IMG/VR virus record: IMGVR_UViG_3300043427_002369
Location: 1 to 64,000 of that record
DNA from: a virus
Length of the DNA stretch: 64,000 bases
Reading direction: 5' to 3' (one strand)
Shown here piece by piece: positions 36,637 to 53,612 of this stretch (position 1 is the first letter of the stretch; each line of letters starts with the position of its first letter). The translations under genes were made by a program, and so were the position numbers. The notes below the pieces were generated by a model. That model saw nothing but the letters and a program-made list of their open reading frames with translations, ran no database searches and was not told where the DNA came from.

Positions 36637-38043
36637 ATGTTAAATCCATTCTTTTTAAACGGTTCTAAGGCAGAACAGGGATTGATGCAAGACCTGATTA
36701 ATGAATCTATTAGAATGTATGGTATTGACGTATATTATTTACCTAGACAATATGTAACAGAAAGAACAGTCATAAAAGAGGTTATAGAATCTGAATTTAA
36801 TTTTGCATATCCAATTGAGGCATATGTCGATTCATATGACGGATATGGTGGTCAAGGAACTATTCTATCCAAATTTGGTATTCAAGAACTAGATGATTTA
36901 AAAATAATAATTTCCCAAGAGAGGTTTAGTAATTATATTACACCTTTGATGGAAAAATTACCTGATGTTAAACTTGCAACTCGTCCTAAAGAGGGTGATT
37001 TAATTTATTTTCCTTTAGGTGATCGTTTGTTTGAAATAAAATACGTTGAGCACGAAAAACCCTTCTACCAACTTCAAAAAAACTATGTTTATGAATTAAC
37101 TTGCGAACTCTTTAGATATGAAGATGAAGTTATTGATACTGATATGGGATTCATCAATGATAATATTGAAAACGAAGGATATATACAAACTATTCAAATG
37201 ATTGGTATTGGATCTACAGCATCTGCTATAGCATCTGTTGTTAATGGTGGTGTAAGATATATTACTATAACCAATAGAGGTTCTGGATATACTGATCCAC
37301 CCAAGGTTGTATTTTCTTCAGCTCCTCCCGGAGGAGTGACTGCTACCGGAGTTGCAGTTATGATTAGTGGAATAGTTGATTTATGCGAATCTGATCCAAA
37401 TCTGTTACGAGTTCAAGCAATTCAACTCACAAATGCCGGATCAGGTTACACAGTTGCTCCAAAAATATCTTTTGTTGGTGGTGGCGGATCCGGTGCTAAA
37501 GCAGAAGCAGTTATTGGAGATGGAATTGTGGGTGTTATTACAGTCACAAATCCTGGATCTGGATATAGTTCTCCACCTTCAATTTCATTTACTGGCATTT
37601 CAAGTGTTGGAGCAGCAGCTACAGCAATTCTTTCAGCATCAGGTTCTGTAAGTTCCATTAGAATTACAAATTCTGGATTAGGATATACTTCCACTTCAGT
37701 TCAAATAGGTTCACCAAATACTATGGTAGGTTTTGGAACCTACATTTATAATGAAAAATTAACCGGAAGTGTTAGTAATGTTAAGGCTAGAGTTAAGTCT
37801 TGGAATTCTCAATCTAAAATACTTGAAGTATCAAATATTACTGGAAACTTTAAACCTGGGGAAAATATAGTCGGATCTCAATCTGGAGCAGTTTATGCTA
37901 TTGGAAGTATAAATACTAACAATCTAGCAGATCCTTTAGATAAATTGAATGTGAGGGGTAAATTTGCCCAAAACGATATTATTGAAGAAGAAGCGGATGA
38001 AATTTTAGATTTTAGTGAAAAAAATCCTTTTGGAACTCCATAA
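36637..38043 (+). CDS. g14: Neck protein gp14 (with internal beta-repeat insertion)
   Basis: LNPFF..GS..EQ.L.QDL.NE; RPKEGDLIYFP; VEHEKPFYQL; ends DFSEKNPFG. Confidence 0.92.
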   Translation: MLNPFFLNGSKAEQGLMQDLINESIRMYGIDVYYLPRQYVTERTVIKEVIESEFNFAYPIEAYVDSYDGYGGQGTILSKFGIQELDDLKIIISQERFSNYITPLMEKLPDVKLATRPKEGDLIYFPLGDRLFEIKYVEHEKPFYQLQKNYVYELTCELFRYEDEVIDTDMGFINDNIENEGYIQTIQMIGIGSTASAIASVVNGGVRYITITNRGSGYTDPPKVVFSSAPPGGVTATGVAVMISGIVDLCESDPNLLRVQAIQLTNAGSGYTVAPKISFVGGGGSGAKAEAVIGDGIVGVITVTNPGSGYSSPPSISFTGISSVGAAATAILSASGSVSSIRITNSGLGYTSTSVQIGSPNTMVGFGTYIYNEKLTGSVSNVKARVKSWNSQSKILEVSNITGNFKPGENIVGSQSGAVYAIGSINTNNLADPLDKLNVRGKFAQNDIIEEEADEILDFSEKNPFGTP

Positions 38044-38057
38044 ATTAAGAGGTTACG

Positions 38058-39059
38058 ATGTTTGAATATTACTATCACGAAATATTTCGAAGAACTATAG
38101 TTTCATTCGGAACATTATTTAATAACATATCAATTAAGCATTTTAATGATGCGGGAAATGTAACCTCAGTAATTAAAGTTCCTCTAGCATATGGTCCCAC
38201 ACAGAAATTTCTAGCAAGGTTAGAACAACAACCTAATCTGAATGCACCTGTTCAAATGTCTCTTCCAAGAATGTCATTTGAATTTGTTGGACTTTCTTAT
38301 GATGCCGGTAGAAAATTAACAACTACTCAAACATTTTTAACTTCCTCCACTGAAGATAAAACAGATATTAAAAAAGCATATATGCCAGTTCCATATAATA
38401 TGGATTTTGAACTGAGTATAATGTGCAAAATAAATGATGATATGCTGCAGATAATTGAGCAGATTTTACCATATTTTCAACCATCATATAATCTAACAGT
38501 TGATCTAGTTAAAACAATTGGAGAAAAAAGAGATATTCCAATTGTTTTAGAAAATATTAGTATGGATGATACCTACGAAGGTGATTTTAATACTAGAAGA
38601 GCATTAATTTATACTCTTAGATTTACTGCAAAAACTTACCTGTTTGGTCCTATTGTTTCTGGCGTATCCAAAGATATCATCAAAAAGGTTACTGTTGGTC
38701 TTGTTGCTGGAGATTCTCGCTCAACCGCAAGAGATCTTACATATTCAGTTGAACCAGTTGCTACAACTAGTTATAGTGATAGTTCAATTACTACATTATC
38801 TCAAAATATTGGACCAACAGATTCTTCAATAACTGTAGACAATTCATCTTCAATTCCAGCACAATCTCACATTGTTCTAAATGATGAAACAATGCAGGTA
38901 ACTAAAAAGGTTGGAAATGTTTTGACCGTGGTTAGAGGTTCTTACGGAACCCCAATATTAGATCACGTTTCTGGAACCCCAATTAAATTAATTACAGAAA
39001 CTGATAATTCACTCATCGAATTTGGAGATGATTTTGGATTTAGTGGATCTTCATTTTGA
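38058..39059 (+). CDS. g15: Tail sheath stabiliser/terminator gp15
   Basis: YYHEIFRRTIVSFGTLFNNI; VPLAYGP.QKFLARL; LPRMSFE; QIIEQILPYFQP. Confidence 0.93.
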   Translation: MFEYYYHEIFRRTIVSFGTLFNNISIKHFNDAGNVTSVIKVPLAYGPTQKFLARLEQQPNLNAPVQMSLPRMSFEFVGLSYDAGRKLTTTQTFLTSSTEDKTDIKKAYMPVPYNMDFELSIMCKINDDMLQIIEQILPYFQPSYNLTVDLVKTIGEKRDIPIVLENISMDDTYEGDFNTRRALIYTLRFTAKTYLFGPIVSGVSKDIIKKVTVGLVAGDSRSTARDLTYSVEPVATTSYSDSSITTLSQNIGPTDSSITVDNSSSIPAQSHIVLNDETMQVTKKVGNVLTVVRGSYGTPILDHVSGTPIKLITETDNSLIEFGDDFGFSGSSF

Positions 39060-39065
39060 TTTTTT

Positions 39066-39512
39066 ATGGATAAAGACTATAATAAGTTAGATGATATTTT
39101 TAATGTATCTGGAGAAATAATTCATAAAACCTCAGAAGAAGACTCTTCGATCATCCCTAAGGTGGTTGAAGGTAACTCCGATCAAAGAAATATTGACTTA
39201 AAAAATGATTATGAATATACAAGAGGAACGATATATTCTCTGGTAGAAAAGGGTCAGGAATTGATCAATGGAATACTTGAAGTTGCACAAGAAACAGAAT
39301 CTGCAAGAGCATATGAAGTTGCGGGGCAGTTGATTAAAAGTGTATCTGATGCTACAGATAAATTAATCAATCTCCACAAGAACTTGAAAGATATTGAAGA
39401 GGTTAAGCAGGCTGGTCCTACAAATGTTACTAATGCTCTTTTCGTAGGTTCGACAGCAGAATTGTCAAAACTTTTAAAATCTCAAAGGAAAGAAAATTCA
39501 GAAGATAAATAG
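39066..39512 (+). CDS. g16: Terminase small subunit gp16
   Basis: DYEYTRG..YSL.EKGQE...A......RAYEVAGQLIK; VTNALFVGSTAEL. Confidence 0.92.
   Translation: MDKDYNKLDDIFNVSGEIIHKTSEEDSSIIPKVVEGNSDQRNIDLKNDYEYTRGTIYSLVEKGQELINGILEVAQETESARAYEVAGQLIKSVSDATDKLINLHKNLKDIEEVKQAGPTNVTNALFVGSTAELSKLLKSQRKENSEDK
39505..39511 (+). promoter_or_regulatory. T4-type late promoter ATAAATA
   Basis: Overlaps the g16 stop; heads the hypervariable island. Confidence 0.55.
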
Positions 39513-39531
39513 TTAAAAATATTTTATTCCA

Positions 39532-39873
39532 ATGGCAGTTGCTGAAATTAACAGTTTAACTATCGAAAGAGGGACTGATTTTGAAGCGACTTTTAAAATT
39601 TTAGAAGCAGATTCATCTCCAGTAACTCTTTCTTATTATACTGGGATTTCTAAAATAAGAAAATATCCCTCCTCACCCACATATCATTCCTTTACGGTCG
39701 GTATTACAACTGCAACTGGTGAGGTAAATATTTCTATGGGGCAAACTACTACCCGTCTATTAACTCCTGGTAGAAATTACTTTGATATTATCATTATTAG
39801 TCCAGATATTTCTGATAATATGACGACAAAAGTAGTTGAAGGGACAATTATTGTTTCGGAGAGTAGTTACTAA
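39532..39873 (+). CDS. Virion-associated protein (BppU-like Ig fold)
   Basis: L.IE.GTDF..TF...; GRNYFDI; KVVEGTI.V pattern. Confidence 0.6.
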   Translation: MAVAEINSLTIERGTDFEATFKILEADSSPVTLSYYTGISKIRKYPSSPTYHSFTVGITTATGEVNISMGQTTTRLLTPGRNYFDIIIISPDISDNMTTKVVEGTIIVSESSY

Positions 39874-40184
39874 TGGCAGAATTTAATATAAAACTTAGTT
39901 CAAAGCCAAAATTCAAAGTCGTTGCTACTACTGGGGGTGTTCAAGTGCCAGCAAGATTTCAGGATCTAATAGATTTTGACCCTACTGATAAAAATGACAA
40001 ATACGTTATAATGTATAATGGAGCAACTGGAAAATATCATTTAGTTAATCCAGATGAAGTTCTAAATGCTGCTGCATCTACAGAAACATTGCAACCGGGA
40101 TTGGTTGGATTTGCAACTGCGTTCTTAGACAGGGTAGATATTGATTTAGATAATAGAATTGATGTTGATGCCGGAAGTTTCTAA
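39873..40184 (+). CDS. Hypothetical structural protein ending in DAGSF
   Basis: TAATG coupling; D.G.F C-terminal motif shared with neighbouring fibre-associated genes. Confidence 0.65.
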   Translation: MAEFNIKLSSKPKFKVVATTGGVQVPARFQDLIDFDPTDKNDKYVIMYNGATGKYHLVNPDEVLNAAASTETLQPGLVGFATAFLDRVDIDLDNRIDVDAGSF

Positions 40185-40189
40185 ATTTT

Positions 40190-40197
40190 TATAAATA
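40190..40197 (+). promoter_or_regulatory. T4-type late promoter TATAAATA
   Basis: Exact consensus. Confidence 0.65.
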
Positions 40198-40291
40198 AAT
40201 ACATATGGTGTTAAATTTATATAATATTAATAATATTTTTGGTGTGGGTTTGACTTGATTATCAAGTTTGTATCTTTACATAGAGGAAAAA

Positions 40292-41851
40292 ATGCCAGCA
40301 CCCGCACCTACAATTCAACTTAAAAGAGGTCTTTTCGTAGATCTACCTGGTCTTAAGGCAGGTGAACCAGGATTTACTACGGATACCAATGATCTGTATA
40401 TTGGTATCAATAGCACAACTCAGGATAATAAGTTCTTTGGCAGTTCTAGATACTGGGAAAGAGAGAACAATTCAAACAATACTTCTGCTGTTTTAAAACT
40501 ATATAACCCAGCTGGTAGCGGAAGTATTAATTTAAATGCACCAGTGGGCCATTCTGGTGTCACAACTTATACTCTCCCTTCAGTTGCTCCTGTAGGAACA
40601 GGACACTTTTTAACTGCTGATGCCAACGGCGTTCTTTCTTGGGAAAGTGTTAGCGCATCGGCAACATTTAGTAATGCCAATTTAACTGGAATTACTACAA
40701 TTGCATATATTGATGGAACAGATGCTACTTTCACTGGAATTGTAACTTCATCTTCTTTCTATGTTGATACCACCAAGGTTCTTTCAACAGAAGGTGGTCT
40801 AGTTACTCTTTCTGGAATTGCAACAATTGATTCTACAACTAAGTCAACTTTAGAGTCTATTCTAAGTCTTGACCCCAATGATTTCGATACTCTTAATGTA
40901 ACTGGTATTGGAACATTTGGTGGTCTTCTTGATGCTAATGCTGGTTTAGATGTTACTGGTCACACTGAACTCGGTGACCTAAATGTAACTGGAGTTGCAA
41001 CATTCACTAGCGCAATTAATGCAGATCTCTCAGGAAATGCTGGAACTGCAACTTCCCTTGCTAATGCTAGAGATTTTGACATTAGCGGATCTTTTGTAAC
41101 TGCAACTGCGGTTTCTTTTGACGGAACAGGTAATGTTTCATTAGCGGCAACAATCGCTCCAAACTCAATTACACTTGGAACTTACACTTCAGGTGATTAT
41201 GTTGCATCATTCACCGCAGGTGATGGTTTAACAGGAGATGCTTCAGGAGCAGGTTCAACTCCAACACTTTCAGTTAATGTTGGTGCTGGTATCACTATTG
41301 CATCTGACAATGTTGCTTTCAAAAATGCTAGTTCTTTATCAGATAATACACTCCAAAAGTGGGATGACACTAATGAGCAATTAGTCAATTCCATCATTAG
41401 TGATAATGGAACTACTGCTACTGTTACTGGTGGATTAACTGTTACTGGTGATTTAACAATCAACGGAACAACAACTCAAGTTAATACTACTGAGTTGACT
41501 GTTTATGACAGAACTATTACCCTCGGTATTCAGACTGGATCAACTCCAGTTGATACAAGCTGGGATCTTGGAGTTCTGATGAATTATGGTGATGCAGGAG
41601 TTGCTAAGACTGCTGGTTTTGTTTGGGATTTTGGAACTAAGAGATTCCAATTTGCTTCTAATGCAGACAATCCTGCGGTCGGTGTTAATACAACAACTCC
41701 AGATATTACAGTTTCTGATTTTGCTTCTATTGAAGTTGGGGGTCTTTGGATTAACAATGGCTGTTCAAGTGGCACTAAAGAGATTATTGGATGCACCAAC
41801 TCAGAATTGCATCTAATGAATATAATTGTTGATGGTGGAAGTTTCACCTGA
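40292..41851 (+). CDS. Tail-fibre-like protein with Mtd_N-like N-terminus
   Basis: IQLKRG...L..GEPGFTTDT..LYIG; fibre motifs GNAGTATSLANAR and GDLTINGTTTQVNT; ATG 40292 follows GAGG. Confidence 0.75.
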   Translation: MPAPAPTIQLKRGLFVDLPGLKAGEPGFTTDTNDLYIGINSTTQDNKFFGSSRYWERENNSNNTSAVLKLYNPAGSGSINLNAPVGHSGVTTYTLPSVAPVGTGHFLTADANGVLSWESVSASATFSNANLTGITTIAYIDGTDATFTGIVTSSSFYVDTTKVLSTEGGLVTLSGIATIDSTTKSTLESILSLDPNDFDTLNVTGIGTFGGLLDANAGLDVTGHTELGDLNVTGVATFTSAINADLSGNAGTATSLANARDFDISGSFVTATAVSFDGTGNVSLAATIAPNSITLGTYTSGDYVASFTAGDGLTGDASGAGSTPTLSVNVGAGITIASDNVAFKNASSLSDNTLQKWDDTNEQLVNSIISDNGTTATVTGGLTVTGDLTINGTTTQVNTTELTVYDRTITLGIQTGSTPVDTSWDLGVLMNYGDAGVAKTAGFVWDFGTKRFQFASNADNPAVGVNTTTPDITVSDFASIEVGGLWINNGCSSGTKEIIGCTNSELHLMNIIVDGGSFT

Positions 41852-41871
41852 TAATTAAATAATACATTTCT

Positions 41872-41903
41872 AAATAGGGGGGTATATACCCCCCTATTTT
41901 TTT
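41872..41903 (+). terminator. Perfect 28-bp palindrome/terminator overlapping a late promoter (CTAAATA 41870-41876)
   Basis: AAATAGGGGGGTATATACCCCCCTATTT + T run. Confidence 0.75.
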
Positions 41904-42095
41904 ATGAATGAAGAAGATTATAAAGCAGTAATTGCTTCATACCAACAAAAAGCATTTGAATTGTTCAATCAAAATATTGTTTTAGAAACTCAGATTAGTA
42001 GTTTGAGAAAAACTGTTGAAACTTTGACGATTGAAAATGAAAAATTAAAAAAAGTTAAAAAACCCACTAAGCAAGATGCCGGAGACTTTGTTTGA
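41904..42095 (+). CDS. Small coiled-coil protein (63 aa)
   Basis: Track ORF with heptad pattern; ends DAGDFV. Confidence 0.7.
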   Translation: MNEEDYKAVIASYQQKAFELFNQNIVLETQISSLRKTVETLTIENEKLKKVKKPTKQDAGDFV

Positions 42096-42120
42096 TTATT
42101 ACTTTGCATTTAAATAATAC

Positions 42121-42155
42121 ATAAATAATAAAAAACCTTTTATATAAAAGGTTTT
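42121..42155 (+). promoter_or_regulatory. Late promoter ATAAATA (42121-42127) followed by a perfect 24-bp palindrome (42132-42155)
   Basis: AAAACCTTTTATATAAAAGGTTTT. Confidence 0.6.
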
Positions 42156-42184
42156 ACGGTAAATACCATTTATGGGGTTAGTGA

Positions 42185-44539
42185 ATGGCAGCACCTATAA
42201 TTAGGATTAAAAGATCTTCAGTTCCCGGAAAACGCCCTTCAGTAGAGCAACTTCCATCGGGGGAACTCGCTTTAAATACTTATGATGCTGAATTATTTGT
42301 AAGAAGAGAGCGTTCTGGAATAGGCACTGATGTTGTAAGAGTCGGTGCTGGAGCAACAGTAACAAATATTTTATATGTCACAAAAGATGGAAGCGATACA
42401 AACACAGGAAAAAAACTTGGAGACGCAAAGGCAACCATCAAAGGAGCGATCTCAGCAGCAACAGAAGGAACAGTTATTAAAGTTTCTGCTGGATCTTATG
42501 TAGAAAATAATCCCATTGAGCTGCTGCCTCAGGTTAGTATAGTTGGAGATAGTTTAAGAGAAGTATCAGTTTCTCCTTTAAATTCTGGACAAGACTTATT
42601 TCATGTTGCTCCGGGAAATTATATTACTGATATGTCCTTTACTGGGACTATGAACTCCGGTTCAGCAATTTGTGCATTTAACCCAAATACAGTTAGATAT
42701 TTTGATCAATCACCTTACATAAGAAACTGTACCAATTTCATTCATAATAGCACTGGTCTAAAAATAGACGGTCAGCACGCTATTGGTAAACTTAAAAGTA
42801 TAGTAATTGACTCATTTACTCAATATAATCAAGGTGGTATTGGCGTTTCCATTACAAATGAAGGATATGCTCAGTTAGTTTCTTTATTCACGATTTGTAA
42901 TGATGTTGCAGTTTTTTGTGGAAGTGGGGGTGCTTGTGATTTAACAAACTCAAACTCCTCTTTTGGTAACTATGCATTAGTTGCCGATGGAGTAGGTCCA
43001 AAAAAATATACTGGAATTGTTACTAGTTCTCAATCTGTGAATAGTGACACTTTTGTGATTGATTTAAATGTACCGACATTAAATATAACTTCAGCATTTT
43101 ATAATAATACAACTGGAATATTAACAGCATATACTTCTTCTGCACATAAGTTTTCTGTTGGGATGGGAGTATCTATTGCTGGTCTTGGATTTACTTGCCA
43201 ATCTGGGCCAGGAATTGTTACGTATCCTTCAGGAAATCAGGGGGGTTATGTTTTTAGAGTAAATACTGTTGCTCCTGGTAGATATATTGATTCTTATAAC
43301 TTAATACAAGCAAATAGACAAGAAATTATTGATACAGCATATGCGCAAATTGCAATATCACATCCGTTTTTTACAAATCCAAATCCCAATAAATGTAAAA
43401 GAGATATAGGGTATTTGGTCGATGCAGTTTCTTTAGATGTTAGAGACTATACCGATGAGCAAACAATTAAATTTGTAAAAGCATATTTTGACAAATCTGG
43501 ATTTTTAATCGTAAATGGACTTGATGGAGAGACGCAAGAATCAATTACTGCATTTAATAAAGCTAGAGATTTAATGAAACTTGCGATTACTAATAATTTA
43601 ACAGTAAAAGATCTTAGTATTACCGCAGACCCAGCAACCGGATCAAATACAAGTCAATCATCTTGCTCAGATGTTAGAACATTTATTGACAATTTAGTTT
43701 CTATTGTAACAACTCCGATAGGTGAAGGTGATACGAGTTCTTTACCAGCAAATGTTTCTATGGCAAGCACTATTTTTAGTGCATATGTAGGAACTTCTAC
43801 TTTACCCCACACTTATAATTCTGGAGGAACTGTAAAAATTGATGTTGTTAGACCTTTCGATGGGCAAGTAGTTTATTTTGGAGATCTTTATTATACTGTT
43901 GGCAGTATTTCAGTTTCTGCAGGGGGAACTGGTTATACTGGAAATGCAGATGTTACAATCTCACCACCAGATACTAATTGGGGAGTTCCTGCATCTGCTG
44001 TAGCGGAAGTTAAAAATGGATCAATTGTTGGAATTGAAATGGTTTCTAGTGGTAGGGGATATAGTTATCCCCCATCAGTTTCAATAAGCTCACCTAATGT
44101 GGGAATAAATACAGCAACAGCTACTGTTAATTTAGTTCCAACTTATTATGTAATTACTTCTTCTACTCCCATTTCCGCTGGTATATGCACTATTACATTG
44201 AGTGATAATGTTCCTTATGAGGTTGGAGTTGGTACTGCAGTTCCATTTTTTAAACAAAGTAGATTATTAGCTTCTGGACATTCTTTGGAGTATATTGGAT
44301 CTGGAACTAATATTGATACGGCCCTTCCTTCAACGGGTGGAGTTCCCATTCAAGACCAGGAAGTTGATATGAGAAATGGTGGTCTTGTTGTTTTTACTTC
44401 GACAGATCAGTCTGGTAATTTTAGAATTGGTGATGGTGTTGTTGTTAATCAGCAAACTGGAACCATTTCTGGAACATTCTATTCTAAGAGTTTGTTTTCA
44501 TCATTAACACCATTTATTCTAGCATTAGGAGGAGAATAA
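42185..44539 (+). CDS. Fibre/tailspike-like virion protein (beta-helix region plus helical insertion)
   Basis: IRIKRSSVPGK.P...L..GELALNTYD; LYVTKDGSDTNTG....AKATIKGA; SPYIRNCT; DSFTQYNQGG; FTSTDQSGNFRIG. Confidence 0.75.
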   Translation: MAAPIIRIKRSSVPGKRPSVEQLPSGELALNTYDAELFVRRERSGIGTDVVRVGAGATVTNILYVTKDGSDTNTGKKLGDAKATIKGAISAATEGTVIKVSAGSYVENNPIELLPQVSIVGDSLREVSVSPLNSGQDLFHVAPGNYITDMSFTGTMNSGSAICAFNPNTVRYFDQSPYIRNCTNFIHNSTGLKIDGQHAIGKLKSIVIDSFTQYNQGGIGVSITNEGYAQLVSLFTICNDVAVFCGSGGACDLTNSNSSFGNYALVADGVGPKKYTGIVTSSQSVNSDTFVIDLNVPTLNITSAFYNNTTGILTAYTSSAHKFSVGMGVSIAGLGFTCQSGPGIVTYPSGNQGGYVFRVNTVAPGRYIDSYNLIQANRQEIIDTAYAQIAISHPFFTNPNPNKCKRDIGYLVDAVSLDVRDYTDEQTIKFVKAYFDKSGFLIVNGLDGETQESITAFNKARDLMKLAITNNLTVKDLSITADPATGSNTSQSSCSDVRTFIDNLVSIVTTPIGEGDTSSLPANVSMASTIFSAYVGTSTLPHTYNSGGTVKIDVVRPFDGQVVYFGDLYYTVGSISVSAGGTGYTGNADVTISPPDTNWGVPASAVAEVKNGSIVGIEMVSSGRGYSYPPSVSISSPNVGINTATATVNLVPTYYVITSSTPISAGICTITLSDNVPYEVGVGTAVPFFKQSRLLASGHSLEYIGSGTNIDTALPSTGGVPIQDQEVDMRNGGLVVFTSTDQSGNFRIGDGVVVNQQTGTISGTFYSKSLFSSLTPFILALGGE

Positions 44540-44543
44540 TAAA

Positions 44544-44885
44544 ATGGCATTAGCACTTAATGTATTCCAGACTGTTACCTCAGTTATCACAACTAATCCA
44601 GTTGGAATTTATACTGCTCCAGTTGGATATACTGGAGTTATCCTCCTAGCACAAGTTGCAAATATTGGTGGAAATTCTGAAGATATTTCTTTATCACATC
44701 AAAGATCAGTTGCTGGAATAGCAGTAACTACGGAAATGTTAAAGCAATATCCCATTTCGGCAAATGATACTGTTAATTTACTTTCCGGAAAATTAGTTCT
44801 TGAAAGTGGCGATACTTTAGTTCTTTATGGTAGCAATGGATCTAATTTAAAATTTGTTGCAAGTATTTTAGAAACACTTAACTAA
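44544..44885 (+). CDS. Conserved small structural protein (113 aa)
   Basis: IYTAPVGYT...GKLVLESGD.L....SILE motif typical of cyanophage fibre clusters. Confidence 0.7.
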   Translation: MALALNVFQTVTSVITTNPVGIYTAPVGYTGVILLAQVANIGGNSEDISLSHQRSVAGIAVTTEMLKQYPISANDTVNLLSGKLVLESGDTLVLYGSNGSNLKFVASILETLN

Positions 44886-53177
<8,292 letters not shown>

Positions 53178-53178
53178 T

Positions 53179-53610
53179 ATGAGAGAAAATTATACTTACA
53201 ATTGGGAAATACTTTCTATTACCAAAATGAATCTTGAAGATAACAATAATGTAATCTTCAAGATTATATGGAGATTGATTGGAATAGATCCAAATGGTGT
53301 AGAGGGAGTATTTAAGGGATCCACCGAACTAACACTACCAGATCAATTTGATGATAATTTTATCGAATATGAAAATATAACCCAAGAAAATATTATTAAC
53401 TGGATTCAGCAGATTTTAAATATGGATGATGTTTATTCTGCTATAGATGATGATATGGAAAAAAATAAAAAGCAGATAGAAATTGTTTTTAATGGACAAT
53501 ATCCTTGGCAACAAATTACTATAGATCCGACTCCAGTAGATCCATCCACAATATTACATGATGCTACGGGTTTACTCACAATATCACCAGAACAAAGTTT
53601 CTCTAATTAA
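53179..53610 (+). CDS. Fibre-associated (chaperone-like) protein
   Basis: Track ORF 53167..53610; YTYNWEI...I.W...FIEYENITQENIINWI...PW pattern often found after S74-fibre genes. Confidence 0.65.
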   Translation: MRENYTYNWEILSITKMNLEDNNNVIFKIIWRLIGIDPNGVEGVFKGSTELTLPDQFDDNFIEYENITQENIINWIQQILNMDDVYSAIDDDMEKNKKQIEIVFNGQYPWQQITIDPTPVDPSTILHDATGLLTISPEQSFSN

Positions 53611-53612
53611 AT

